A model generated the notes under the pieces. That model was not told the origin of the DNA, did no database searches, and worked only from the letters and a program-made list of their open reading frames with translations. The position numbers and the translations under genes were made by a program. From Tubiluchus corallicola (taxonomy: Eukaryota; Animalia; Priapulida), in the NCBI GenBank assembly GCA_030141605.1, contig JAQGDQ010000763.1:1-64000 (forward strand): a stretch of 64,000 bases of DNA. Direction: 5' to 3'. This document shows, piece after piece, positions 13,999 to 26,645 of this stretch (position 1 is its first letter; each line of letters begins with the position of its first letter).

Positions 13999-14867
13999 GG
14001 TATAGAAATTTGCAATAATTTTATTGTAAAACGTATACAATGTTCACCTCAACCATAAAATTGAACAAACAGTCATAGAGTTAGCAATATGATATTTAAC
14101 AGTAGAAAATTCTCAATTCTGTCTTTAGATCAACTGAAACTTGCATGCCTGAGAGAATAAAGCTGTAATCATATGACCAGACATACAGGTTCCTATTGGA
14201 AGGTACATCACTTTCATGCATACAGACCATAAATGGAAAGGTCACCTATACTCTACAGACTACTAGTCACAGCAAAATCAAATCAAAGTCTACTTGGCTT
14301 CTTTGATAGCAGAATAAAGATTATTTCTTTACAGAAAGCTGTGTTATAATGTTATAATTTTTCTCTATTTAAACTTGAATAAGAGAGTTAGATCCAGAAT
14401 TAAAGCATGAAATTAACAATCTAATTACTCTGATTAATGACTATTTATAAAAGCAAAAGGAAACAATATTTATAAACAAAAATCAATCTCTGACAGACTT
14501 TGTACAATTAGAGTAAAACAACGACTGTAGATGGCAGCATAGACCAATTCAGTACTTTAGTGTAGTAGACTGACAATTAAATGGATGACATAATACTACA
14601 ATTGCGTACCCGGTACAATAAGCATCACATGCAGACTACGTACACTATCCCATTCACCTTCAAAGGCGGAGGCTCGATTTCTAGATTACATAGAAATAAT
14701 TAACAGCTATAAGTATCGGACATAACTTTATTTCACAAAAAAGGTAGTCTTTCCAATCCCCTTGCAAACCAGGTGAACACAAAGACATGTAAATTGAATT
14801 TATAACAACAGCAAACAACAGTTTTCCTATAATCAACCAAATAATCCTATAATACATATATAAAGTA

Positions 14868-15420
14868 TTGTTGGCATCCTTCTGTCTCGAAAGACAATGG
14901 AGTGTGCACCAAGAGAGTCATTGATCTCATTGATGGAGCTGCAGCGTCGACTGTGGCTGAGCAATCTGATCCTTGAACCACTGGAATGGCCTCTCCAGGG
15001 CGCACGCCTGGGCAAGGTGTATGGAGATCCTGAGTTGCCCAGACAACAGGAACCCCCTCTCTTCCTCCCTGGTGTAGTCCAAAGGAATGCGGAGCGAAAC
15101 GTTTGGCACCAGGTTGGCTGCAGGAGCTGCTGGAGTCAGTGAGCATGCTCCACTGATCCGCCTTCGGGGTTCCACTCCTGATTTGGAAGGTTTACTCCTC
15201 TACACATGGCAGTTTGGCCACTTGACCTCCTCCGCCCTCTAGCCGTTGGCTGCTTGTGCAGCTCCTCCGCCTAGTATCGAGATACAGTGTGGGCATCCCG
15301 CAAGCGTACAGCACCTGGTATTCCTAGGCGGTCACCCATTCAAGTACTAACCAGGCTCTACGTTGCTTAACTTCGGTGATCAGACGAGAACCGGTGTTTT
15401 CAACGTGATATGGCCGTAGT
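14868..15420 (-). mobile_element. 5S rRNA-headed SINE (SINE3-type, ~550 bp), probably RTE-mobilised
   Basis: Full 5S head (15302-15420) runs with no T-run terminator into a GC-rich body that ends ACTCCATTGTCTTTCGAGACAGAAGGATGCCAACAA; AT-rich degenerate TSD-like flanks. Confidence 0.75.
15302..15420 (-). pseudogene. 5S rRNA-derived sequence (SINE head)
   Basis: Reverse complement CTACGGCCATATCACGTTGAAAACACCGGTTCTCGTCTGATCACCGAAGTTAAGCAACG...AGTACTTGAATGGGTGACCGCCTAGGAATACCAGGTGCTGTACGCTT matches invertebrate 5S with scattered substitutions. Confidence 0.9.
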
Positions 15421-15587
15421 ATATATAGATATTTATTATTCATATTGATTTTCGTAATTCCAAAATCTTTCCCGTAGATATCATTCTGATTAGTACCTGG
15501 CCAGGTGACACTTTATCAACCACAAGGTACAAAAACACTTTGATCATTCAACCAGAACTGAGACAACAACGTACTTTGTAATTATTT

Positions 15588-16478
15588 TCACGGGCTTCTA
15601 AGAATCTTCTTGAATGCTGTTCTAAATTTGCTGTTTGTTGCTGCATATATGAAAGGGTTGACTGCACTGTTTGAAAAACTCATCCAACTTGCTACTTGCA
15701 GAGCAAAGTCTGGTATGCACAATGAACATGTTGCGTAGATAATTGCCGAGACCGTGTATGGAAACCAACAAATAAAAAATGCAACAGTGATTATAGTTAA
15801 AGTTTTTGTTGCTTTCATTTCCATCACGTTTGTAGTAGTTTGTTGGTTTTGATCGCGAATTTGCAAGATTTGCTTTCTTGCTGCCCGCCATATTAACGCA
15901 TACAAAGAAAGTATAACTGTCATCGCTAGAAAACTCGTTGTGATGATTGCAATTAAACTTAAAGTAATGTTAATCGTTTCCATGTATGCTAGAACAAGAG
16001 CAGAAAGCCACGTAATAGATAACGTGATACTTAATGTTCTCTTTGTAAGGCATATATTGTATTTGTAAGGGTGCAAAATGGCTACGTATCTCTCACTTGC
16101 AATTAAACACAGGTGTAATATGCTACTGTTCAGGGCAGCCAATATAAGAAAAATTTCAGCAGAATGATATAAATGGCTAAAGTTCTCTGCGTACACTATG
16201 CCAACGATTTCAACTGGTAGTGACACGAGTCCAAATAGCAGATCTGTTACAGCGAGTGATACGATCAGTGCATTCGTTCTTGTTTGCAACTGCTCATACT
16301 TGTAAACTGCAACTAGAACTAACAAGTTCCCAGCAACTATAATAATAGCCAGGCACACAAGCAATCCTGTTATAGTCAAAGTAAAGTCATATTCATTGTG
16401 TTGCACTTCGTCAGTTGCATTTCTAGTGAAATTTTTGAGTTTCATTGCCGAATGCGATAAATTTTCACCATTGCTCAT
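15588..16478 (-). CDS. Single-exon class A GPCR #1 (296 aa)
   Basis: GN (TM1), LAxxD (TM2), ERY (TM3), W4.50, CWxP (TM6), NPxxY (TM7), helix 8 FRxAF; N-glycosylation sequons in the N-terminus. Confidence 0.93.
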   Translation of the reverse strand: MSNGENLSHSAMKLKNFTRNATDEVQHNEYDFTLTITGLLVCLAIIIVAGNLLVLVAVYKYEQLQTRTNALIVSLAVTDLLFGLVSLPVEIVGIVYAENFSHLYHSAEIFLILAALNSSILHLCLIASERYVAILHPYKYNICLTKRTLSITLSITWLSALVLAYMETINITLSLIAIITTSFLAMTVILSLYALIWRAARKQILQIRDQNQQTTTNVMEMKATKTLTIITVAFFICWFPYTVSAIIYATCSLCIPDFALQVASWMSFSNSAVNPFIYAATNSKFRTAFKKILRSP

Positions 16479-16902
16479 TCAAGTTAACATTTGAAACATA
16501 CGAACTTTATGTTGCAAAACGGACGTCTTTACACCTAATTGTATTGTCGAGCATTAGTTTGTTGTTAAATATGTAATGTAACACATTGTAAGATAATTGT
16601 TGTATTGTGCACACTCCTAGCAGCTGTGTACACCTGTATGTACATACTATATGCATGCATATATTTGTATCAGGAAGCTACTATTTGTCAACTGTTACCA
16701 AATGGACACAAATGTTGATCTAAGCAAGAAACTATGCCTGCCAGTAAGCTAATTATTTAAATTTACATGGCACTTTGGGACATGTTCAACAATAGTTGTA
16801 TCAGATAACGTGCATATGTAACAATCAATCAATTTATTTCACTCCAGCAATACATATACAATACATCAACATACAATGTTATTGAAACAAAAAGAAACAG
16901 TA

Positions 16903-17440
<538 letters not shown>

Positions 17441-17654
17441 AGTACTTTTTGAAACTATAAATAGTTTTGTTTATTTTTACTTGGGCACTTATTTTATTCC
17501 AGTTATTGGGGGCTGTGAATTTAATAAAGTGTCTGGGCATAATGCATAACATAACTTGAATAATGAAATTAAACCTTACGTAAAAATATTAGCTAGACAA
17601 ATTTATTTTAGTCACTTTAATGATGTGAATGGTAACAACGTTGTATTGACAAAT

Positions 17655-18003
17655 TGTTGTGGAGATCGCTGGCGTTTATCAGAATGTTCCGTTGGAATAA
17701 TCGTCTTACCGTGTAGAATGTTCTGGAACAAAACTTCTGGAAGCTTCTCGGGCGCGCTATATAAGGCAAAGCAGGCCGCTGAGACAGACACGCAGATTCA
17801 CACGGACGCCACTTACACATTCTCTTGTATACCCGTATTTTCAGATACGCTTAAACGTTTTCCAGATTTTCACGTTTACTGTAAACATTTCGCGTTCCTT
17901 CGTACTTTTGTGTTGTATAATTCTCGCTTAATAAACTAGTATAATTTGACGAAGTGTTTTCTGGTTTTCTCTACGAGCTTTTCGAGAGAAACAAAACTCA
18001 ACA
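17655..18003 (+). mobile_element. Solo LTR (349 bp) with 5-bp TSD CAAAT
   Basis: Termini TGTTG...CAACA; CAAAT at 17650-17654 and 18004-18008; internal TATATAA (~17758) and AATAAA (~17929). Confidence 0.85.
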
Positions 18004-18235
18004 CAAATATATCTCTATTGCTACCCATACGCTTAATAAAACTATACAACAAAGAGCACATAATAAAGGGCAATTTGCTTCTGCACTTTACCTAGTACAT
18101 TTACAATGAATGCTCAAGGAATTTGTCCTGATTTTACACACTATTACATAATTACAGTTTCGAAATTTGTTTAGGAATTCTGTTTCCTTGTCTTTTGAGT
18201 TTTAGTTGCACAGTTTGGTTTTCGTAATTCCAAAC

Positions 18236-18322
18236 TGTGTAACCTGTGTAACCCTGTGTAAGCCTGTGTAACCCTGTGTAAGCCTGTGTAACCTCGTGTA
18301 AGCCTGTGTAACCCTGTGTAAG
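18236..18322. repeat. 10-bp minisatellite (CTGTGTAACC/CTGTGTAAGC) in the 3' flank of GPCR #2
   Basis: Direct observation. Confidence 0.9.
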
Positions 18323-18385
18323 CAAAATGAGCCTAATGCACAACATTGTATGATGCAGAGACAACAGCGTACTTTGTAATTGCTT

Positions 18386-19234
18386 TCACCGGCACCTAAG
18401 AATCTTCTCGAATGCTGTTCTAAATTTACTGTTTGTTGCTGCATATATGAAAGGGTTGACTGCACAGTTCAAGAAAATCATCCATACTACTACTCTGAAA
18501 GCGTCTTCTGATATACACAAAGGACATCTTATTAAGATTGTTGACACGATTAAGAGTGGACCCCAACAAATGAAAAATGCAACAGTGATTATAGTTAAAG
18601 TTTTTGTTGCTTTCATGTCCATCACTCTTGTTCCAGTTTGTTGGTTTTGATCGCGAATTTGCAAAATTTGCTTTCTTGCTGCCTGCCATATTAATGTGTA
18701 CAATGAAACTATAGCTGTTGTTGCTAAATAAGTCAAAATACTGGTAGCAATCGTGCTGTCGTCTATTATTTCTATGTATGCTGAAGTGATGCCAGAAAGC
18801 CACGTAATGGATAATAACATTCTCAATGTTCTCTTTGTAAAATAAATGTTGTGTTTGTAGGGATGCAAAATGGCTACATATCTCTCGACAGCAATTAAGC
18901 ACAACTGTATTAGGCTACAGTTTATAGCAGCCAAGGCAACAAAATTTTCTACACTGTATTGTGTAAAATTAACACGTGCAACACTGACAATTCCAATAGG
19001 CAGTGATATCAATCCACATAGCAGATCTGTTACAGCCAGTGATGCGATCAGTGCATTCGTTCTTGTTTGCAACTGCTCATACTTGTAAATTGCAACTAAG
19101 ACTAGCAAGTTTCCAGCAACTATAATAACGATCAACCATGCTAGGAATGTTTGGCATACTAGGATAAACAAACTTTTGTTGGTATGTAGTTCATTAGTGG
19201 TGTTTCCTATCTTTGTGTAATTTTCTGTTAACAT
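18386..19234 (-). CDS. Single-exon class A GPCR #2 (282 aa)
   Basis: Same 7TM motifs as #1. Confidence 0.93.
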   Translation of the reverse strand: MLTENYTKIGNTTNELHTNKSLFILVCQTFLAWLIVIIVAGNLLVLVAIYKYEQLQTRTNALIASLAVTDLLCGLISLPIGIVSVARVNFTQYSVENFVALAAINCSLIQLCLIAVERYVAILHPYKHNIYFTKRTLRMLLSITWLSGITSAYIEIIDDSTIATSILTYLATTAIVSLYTLIWQAARKQILQIRDQNQQTGTRVMDMKATKTLTIITVAFFICWGPLLIVSTILIRCPLCISEDAFRVVVWMIFLNCAVNPFIYAATNSKFRTAFEKILRCR

Positions 19235-19580
19235 TATTAAATGTGATAATTTCGCTGTATCACTAACGTCGTTCTTTCACGCTATTCATTAGAAAAATAC
19301 AACTCTGTGTAGCAACAGAGAAGCTTTCACACCTGCTCTATGTCACTGCATGCTAGTCTCTTGTAACATAACAGGACATTATAGAGTGATCACATTCCTA
19401 AAATCGATCAGAGCCTTTGTTATAACAGGTGGTAACTAATTATAGTATAGTTGGTGACAAAAATATTTATCTAAGGAATCTACATGAGTGTTAAGCTAAC
19501 GCACTGTAAAAGTATTAGCTAGACAAATAAATTTTGGTCACTTTAATGATATGAGTGGTAACAACGTTGTATTGACAAAT

Positions 19581-19896
19581 TGTTGTGTTTTGTTTCTCTC
19601 GTAGAGAAAACCAGAAAACACTTCGTCAAATTAAACTAATTTATTAAGCGAGTATTCTACAACACAAAAGTATGAAGGAACGCGAAATGTTTACAGTAAA
19701 CGTGAAAAGCTGGAAAACGTTTGAGTGTATCTGAAAATGTAGGTTGTGTAAGTGGCGTCCGTGTGAATCCGTGTGCCCCCCCCTCAGCGGCCTGCTTCGC
19801 CTTATATAATGCAGCCAAGGAACTTCCGGAAATTTCCAACGGAACATTCTACAATGTTCCATGTAATTCTAATAGACGCCAGCGATCTCCACAACA
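19581..19896 (-). mobile_element. Solo LTR of the same family as 17655-18003, reverse orientation
   Basis: Reverse complement aligns end to end with 17655-18003; termini TGTTGTG...CACAACA. Confidence 0.85.
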
Positions 19897-20816
19897 CTAT
19901 TGCTACCGATGCGCATAATAATCCTATACAACAAATAGCACATAATAAAGGACAAATTGTTTCTGCACTTTACTAATGCATTTACAATGTATTGTAGCTT
20001 GTTTCTCTTATACAAACAACCTCGATTAATTTTTCAATTAATCGAATGAATCATTGACACCACTGATTGCTTAAAGACAATTGATTTTGGCATTCGTTCA
20101 ATTGCCCGACTCCGAGAGCTTAGGTCAAGTTGATAGGGCTATGATAATGTCCCACACAACTGAAACCACGAAATATTGCGTTGTGAGTATAGATCTTTGT
20201 CTCTCGAATTATCAAGCTGGCTCCCGCAATGAGCCTTACAGTGTGAATATATCAACTTCCATCAAGGATTTAGTGTCTTGACGATTATGAGCCTTAAGTA
20301 ACTCTTTAAACGTTAAACAACTCGATATTTACGTTAAATTTAAGAATGGTTTATTGTAATTAAGTTTACAATGCAGATCAAAGTTCTACGATAAGTACAA
20401 AGCTTTTCTTATGCGCTGATGGGCGCTTACAATTAACACTCTAATCCAAGGAGATAATTCTAATCATGAAATACTTCACAAGTTGTAATGTTTGCACTTA
20501 TGGTGCTAAAGTTACTCTGTTATTACAATCCACATGAACTGTTACAGCATCAGAGAATAAAGTAAAACTACTTAACTTGAGGACTGACCAACCTAACAAT
20601 CGTTATTGGCCAGATCCTGATTCCTGAACGAGACTTCTCAGCATCAGAGATTTGTCGACGCAAATGATGCAGTATTATTACTACGCTGAGCTAAAGATAC
20701 GTCTTGTAAAAAGACCGTCTCGTCAAAGTAAACGGCAACACATCTCTCTCTCTGACTCTGTGCGCGGGTGTGAGTGAACTCTGAACTCTCACTCTCCTTA
20801 TGAAGCGAAAGTCATT

Positions 20817-21075
20817 AAGCCAGGTATTGCGTCGAGGTCACCAGGTATTGCGCCGAGGTCACCGGGTATTGCGTCGAGGTCACCGGGTATTGCGCCGAGG
20901 TCACCCAGTATTGCGCCGAGGTCACCGGGTATTGCGTCGAGGTCACCGGGTATTGCGCCGAGGTCACCTGGTATTGTGCCGAGGTAACCCGGTATTGTGC
21001 CGAGGTCACCTGGTATTGCGCCGAGGTCACCCGGTATTGCACCACCGAGGTCACCCGGTATTGCACCACCGAGGT
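20817..21075. repeat. 21-bp GC-rich minisatellite (CCGGGTATTGCGCCGAGGTCA)
   Basis: Direct observation; lies in an unclassified insertion at ~19990-21595. Confidence 0.92.
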
Positions 21076-22352
21076 CATCCCACATTGCGCATCTGACCAC
21101 CTGCAGATGACATTCGTGACACTCCAGGTAATTTAAATTACAAGAGGTCGCAACCCTATCACCATAGACATTGAAATATCGCATGGGAGGTTAAATTAAC
21201 CATCAGTAAATGACTTGTACTGACTCTAACAATGTAACATCCTGACTTGTTCATCTGCAAATTGCCAGCGCAGGGCGCATTTTTATATACGCTAATTGGC
21301 ACCTTAACTCTTTAAGTAGTCGGTGTGTCTTTTAATCTTCCACTTTCCCGTTCACCAACCTCTGACACCTGAACTCATTAAATTCAAGGTACAAGCTGAG
21401 TGAGTCAGTTATAATCAAATTGTACGGTCTTCGTTATCAGACCAAGGAGGAGTATATTATCTCCCAAATCTTATAATTTAATTCCTCCAATGAATTTCTC
21501 ATTCTAAATTTGATTCATAAGACTATGTTCAGGTAAATTGTCCCGATTCTTCACGTTATTGCATAATTGCAATTTTAACATTTGTTTACGAGTTCCGGTT
21601 GCTCTTTCTTTAGTTCTGGTTTCTTTTGTTTTGAGTTTTAGTTACAGTTTGGTTTTCATAATTCCAAAATCATTCCAGTAGATTTCGTTTTGATTAGACG
21701 CATTTGACAAAGTAACACTTAGTCAATCATAAGTTACAGAAATGTATCCCTCAAGCAAACATGAGCAACATAATAGTACATAATAAATATACATTTATGT
21801 GATGTAATTACGAATTAATTTAAGACCAAACTAGAAAGGCACAATAATTTTAATAACAGTTTATTGAAAATCAATGCAAGAGTACGTAAGAAATGTATGT
21901 GAGTTGTAATATACAGTACTGATGGCTTTTTCTTATAAGTGAATTACGATATGCAGTCTTTACAACATGCTGATAGAATCTCCTGTGTTGACTCTATCAG
22001 CTACTACTATTCATTGCTACTGCTACTCAGAATCACAATAAAATTATACAACAAATAGCAGATAATAAAGGACAACTTGTTTCAATACTTTACCAATACA
22101 TTTACAGTGAATGTTCAAGGAAACTGTGCTGATTCCATTATACATAATTAGAAATTCAAACTTTCTTTAGTTCTGGTTTCTTGTCTTTTGGGTTTTACAG
22201 TTGCACAGTTTGGTTTTCGTAATTCCAAAATCTTTCCTGTAGATATCATTCTGATTAGTACCTGGCCAGGTGACACTTTATCAATCATAAGTTACAGAAT
22301 CCCATTGATCATTCAAGCAGAACTGAGACAACAACGTGTTTTGTAATTATTT

Positions 22353-22702
22353 TTACCTGCATCTAAGAATCTTCTTGAATGCTGTTCTAAATTTACTGTT
22401 TGTTGCTGCATATATGAAAGGGTTGATGGCACTGTTCGCACAAGTCATCCATACTACTATTTTTAGAGCAATTTGTGATGTGCACAATGGACACCTTTTG
22501 TAGACTGGTGACACAATTAAGATGGGACCCCAACAAATGAAAAAGGCAACATTAATTATAGTTAAAGTTTTTGTTGCTTTCATTTCCATCACTCTTGTTC
22601 TAGTTTGTCGGTTTTTCTCGTGAATTTGCAAGATTTGCTTTCTTGCTGCTCGCCATATTAATGCATACAGTGAAACCATTACTGTCATAGGTAGATAAAT
22701 TG
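22353..22702 (-). pseudogene. GPCR #3: 5'-truncated copy (TM5 to C-terminus only)
   Basis: Reads IYLPMTVMVSLY...CWGP...NPFIY...RCR*; homology stops at 22702 where a dispersed repeat begins. Confidence 0.9.
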
Positions 22703-22925
22703 TTTAAGATTTCCACGTACAGTTTGGCCTGTCATGCTTTTAGGCTCAAACTGTATGCATCAAAATTACTCTGTAATGTAATTTGCACATGTATAGGCTG
22801 CATAAGAATCTGTTTTGTAATTTCTGGATTATATTGCATTTATATTTACTTCAGTGAAATTATCTGTATTTTTATTATAACTGTTAGATGCAGAGTGGAA
22901 ATAAATAAACTTATAACTTATAACT
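22703..22925 (-). mobile_element. TE fragment that truncates GPCR #3 (inverse copy at 63715-63945)
   Basis: Reverse complement of 63715-63945; junction at TTAA(GATTTC). Confidence 0.75.
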
Positions 22926-23888
22926 GTCCGCGTTGTCAAACATTTGTATTTGATTGAGATTTCAGCTTTGAGTAGTGTGTGCTTCTCAGTGGTTAGGAAC
23001 CACTTTGCATCTCCAAAAACATCCACAGAAACGAGCCATTTTGCAATCCCACATAAGATAACAGCACCAGACTTTAGCAGCCGTCATTAGCTGTTAATAT
23101 ATATATATATAGTCAGCTTGACACATTTTGGAGAAAGGATAACCTCAAGTTTTGTTCCAGTTAATCTACCAGCTGCCTGCAACTTTTCATGATCATGTAA
23201 ACGCAGCATGTAAAATGGCGATGGCTATTCCATGGCTGTGACCACTGTCCACCTCATGTGGAGCTCAGTACCTGGACTGATAATTGTCTTTGCAATTACC
23301 TCGCATGCTTTTCCTTGTTCATCATGTGTTTTTACAGATATGAGCACACTTTCTAAAAACATATATTGATTATAATACAAGTGCGCAATACATAACACAG
23401 AGATTTGCAGTTTATTTCTATACCTGCACGTGCTACAATAAATGATCAAAGTATTTTGAAGTAATCGCAAAAAGTTTTATTTTAAATTCAATATTACAGA
23501 AAAAGTAAAAGACGTGGCGATTTCTTCGCTTCCAATCAGCAGACTAAACACGTGCTTAATTCTGATTGGCTGACCTACTAAATGCATATAACGAAGCCAA
23601 GTTTTACAGCCAATTCTAAATAAGTACAACCTTAGATTAAAGTGCAAGCAGAGAGAAATCTTCCGAACACAAAGGACTTCTGATTCTGCAGATTCACGGC
23701 TACAGAGTGGTTCACATTTTCAGACTTTCTTTCTTGATGTTTGGCTCTGTTTTGTTTGAATTTTAATTGCACATCCGGGTAGATTTCACTCCGCCACGTT
23801 CGACCTCGATTTGTTGGGTTTTTGCATCATGATACTTAACCAGTTATGCCTTATCTGGATGCAAGACAATTTACTTCTGTTGTTACCT

Positions 23889-24752
23889 TCACTGGCATCT
23901 AAGAATCTTCTTGAACGCTGCTCTAAATTTGCCATTTGTTGCCACGTATATGAAAGGGTTAACTGCACTGTTCCAGTAACTGATCCGTGCTACAACCCAG
24001 TGAGCCAAACTTGACACGCACAGTGGACATTTTGAAAACTTTATTGCCAACATTGAGTACGGACCCCAGCAAATGAAAAATGCAAGAGTGACGATGGCTA
24101 AAGTTTTCGTTGCCTTCATTTCCATCACTCTTGTACTAGTTTGTCGGTTTTGTTCGTGAATTTGCAAAATTTGCTTTCTTGCTGCTCGCCATATTAATGC
24201 ATACAGTGAAACCACAACTGTCATAGGTAGATAAATTGTTATGGTTATGGTGGCAATGAAAAATAATTTCAGTGCTTCCATGTATGCTATAATAAGGGCA
24301 GAAAGCCACGTAATAGATAACGTGATACCTAATGTTCTCTTTGTAAGGTATATGTTGTATTTGTAAGGATGCAAAACTGCTACGTATCTCTCACTTGCAA
24401 TTAAACACAAGTGTATTATACTGCTGTTCAGGGCAGCCAAAATTACAAAAAGTTGGGCAGAAGGATACGAAGAATCAAACTGCTTCGCGTTTACTATACC
24501 CACAATGTCCGCTGGCAGTGACACGAGTCCAAATAGCAGATCTGTCACAGCTAGTGATACGATCAGAGCATTCGTTCTTGTTTGCAACTGCTCATACTTG
24601 TAAACTGCAATTAGAACTAGCAAGTTCCCAGCAACTATAATCACAGCTAGGCACACAAGAAATCCTGTTACAGTAGTCAAAGTAAACCAACTTCCATACA
24701 GGTGCAGGGCACGAGTTGTGTTTCCTGCTGTAGTGTAATTGTCACATGGCAT
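23889..24752 (-). CDS. Single-exon class A GPCR #4 (287 aa from the ATG at 24752)
   Basis: 7TM motifs; the ORF track starts at an upstream TTG, but the ATG aligns with the paralogue starts. Confidence 0.92.
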   Translation of the reverse strand: MPCDNYTTAGNTTRALHLYGSWFTLTTVTGFLVCLAVIIVAGNLLVLIAVYKYEQLQTRTNALIVSLAVTDLLFGLVSLPADIVGIVNAKQFDSSYPSAQLFVILAALNSSIIHLCLIASERYVAVLHPYKYNIYLTKRTLGITLSITWLSALIIAYMEALKLFFIATITITIYLPMTVVVSLYALIWRAARKQILQIHEQNRQTSTRVMEMKATKTLAIVTLAFFICWGPYSMLAIKFSKCPLCVSSLAHWVVARISYWNSAVNPFIYVATNGKFRAAFKKILRCQ

Positions 24753-24798
24753 TGTCAAATGTTACCATTTCACGTTACTCTGACAAGATTGTTCATGT

Positions 24799-26625
24799 AG
24801 GGCGCGGATGGACAAGCCGAAGTAGGACACTGGCGATTTCTGTCGAGAATCGTGAATTATGACATCATAAAACATAAAACTAAATTTGTTTTAGAAAAAA
24901 AGTAACTTTTAATAATGATGGATAGTCCTTGACAAATATGTATTTTTTAAAATAATATCATCATCATTATTAGCTCCATTAATATCATCATAACATTAAA
25001 CCAAGCATCTAACACTTTAAAGAGTGAAACTATGTAGGGCACATAGTTCGCTAACCAGTTATATGGTTGACGACTCAATTCGTACTTCTCTCTAATGTCC
25101 TACTTGGACTAGCCCATGTACTAAGCGTCCTACTTGGGCAACCCATGTACTACGCGTCCTACTTGGACTAGCATATGTACTACGCGTCCTACTTGGACTA
25201 GCCCATGTACTACGCATCCTACTTGGACTAGCCCATGTACTACGTGTCCTACTTGGGCAACCCATGTACTAAGCGTCCTACTTGGACTAGCCCATGTACT
25301 AAGCGTCCTACTTGGGCAACCCATGTACTACGCGTCCTACTTGGGCTAGCATATGTACTACGCATCCTACTTGGACTAGCCCATGTACTAAGCGTCCTAC
25401 TTGGGCAACCCATGTACTACGCGTCCTACTTGGACTAGCATATGTACTACGCGTCCTACTTGGACTAGCCCATGTGCTAAGCGTCCTACTTGGGCAACCC
25501 ATGTACTACGCGTCCTACTTGGACTAGCCCATGTACTACGCGTCCTACTTGGGCAACCCATGTACTAAGCGTCCTACTTGGACTAGCATATGTACTACGC
25601 GTCCTACTTGGACTAGCCCATGTGCTAAGCGTCCTACTTGGGCAACCCATGTACTACGCGTCCTACTTGGACTAGCCCATGTACTACGCGTCCTACTTGG
25701 GCAACCCATGTACTACGCGTCCTACTTGGACTAGCATATGTACTACGCGTCCTACTTGGACTAGCCCATGTACTAAGCGTCCTACTTGGGTAACCCATGT
25801 ACTACGCGTCCTACTTGGACTAGCATATGTACTACGCGTCCTACTTGGACTAGCCCATGTACTAAGCGTCCTACTTGGGTAACCCATGTACTACGCGTCC
25901 TACTTGGACTAGCATATGTACTACGCGTCCTACTTGGACTAGCCCATGTACTAAGCGTCCTACTTGGGTAACCCATGTACTACGCGTCCTACTTGGACTA
26001 GCATATGTACTACGCGTCCTACTTGGACTAGCCCATGTACTAAGCGTCCTACTTGGGTAACCCATGTACTACGCGTCCTACTTGGACTAGCATATGTACT
26101 ACGCGTCCTACTTGGACTAGCCCATGTACTAAGCGTCCTACTTGGGTAACCCATGTACTACGCGTCCTACTTGGACTAGCATATGTACTACGCGTCCTAC
26201 TTGGACTAGCCCATGTACTAAGCGTCCTACTTGGGTAACCCATGTACTACGCGTCCTACTTGGACTAGCATATGTACTACGCGTCCTACTTGGACTAGCC
26301 CATGTACTAAGCGTCCTACTTGGGTAACCCATGTACTACGCGTCCTACTTGGACTAGCATATGTACTACGCGTCCTACTTGGACTAGCCCATGTACTAAG
26401 CGTCCTACTTGGGTAACCCATGTACTACGCGTCCTACTTGGACTAGCATATGTACTACGCGTCCTACTTGGACTAGCCCATGTACTAAGCGTCCTACTTG
26501 GGTAACCCATGTACTACGCGTCCTACTTGGACTAGCTTATGTACTACGCGTCCTACTTGGACTAACCCATGTACTACGCGTCCTACTTGGACTAGCTTAT
26601 GTACGCCAATTGTCCTACTTCGAAA
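24799..26625. mobile_element. TIR element containing an internal minisatellite
   Basis: CGAAGTAGGACACTGGCG (~24818) and CGCCAATTGTCCTACTTCG (~26605) are inverted; the outermost termini and TSD are not resolved. Confidence 0.65.
25096..26605. repeat. 29-30-bp minisatellite with an 89-bp higher-order repeat (core GCGTCCTACTTGG)
   Basis: Identical ORFs recur every 89 bp from ~25700 to 26510; edge units are more heterogeneous. Confidence 0.97.
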
Positions 26626-26645
26626 CATTCAATGTATCACAACAT

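Noticed and set aside
14833-15175. Short GC-rich ORFs on both strands
   Set aside because: They lie inside the SINE body and show no recognisable protein motifs
15302-15420. Functional 5S rRNA gene
   Set aside because: Solitary, with several substitutions and no oligo-T terminator; fused to a SINE-like body
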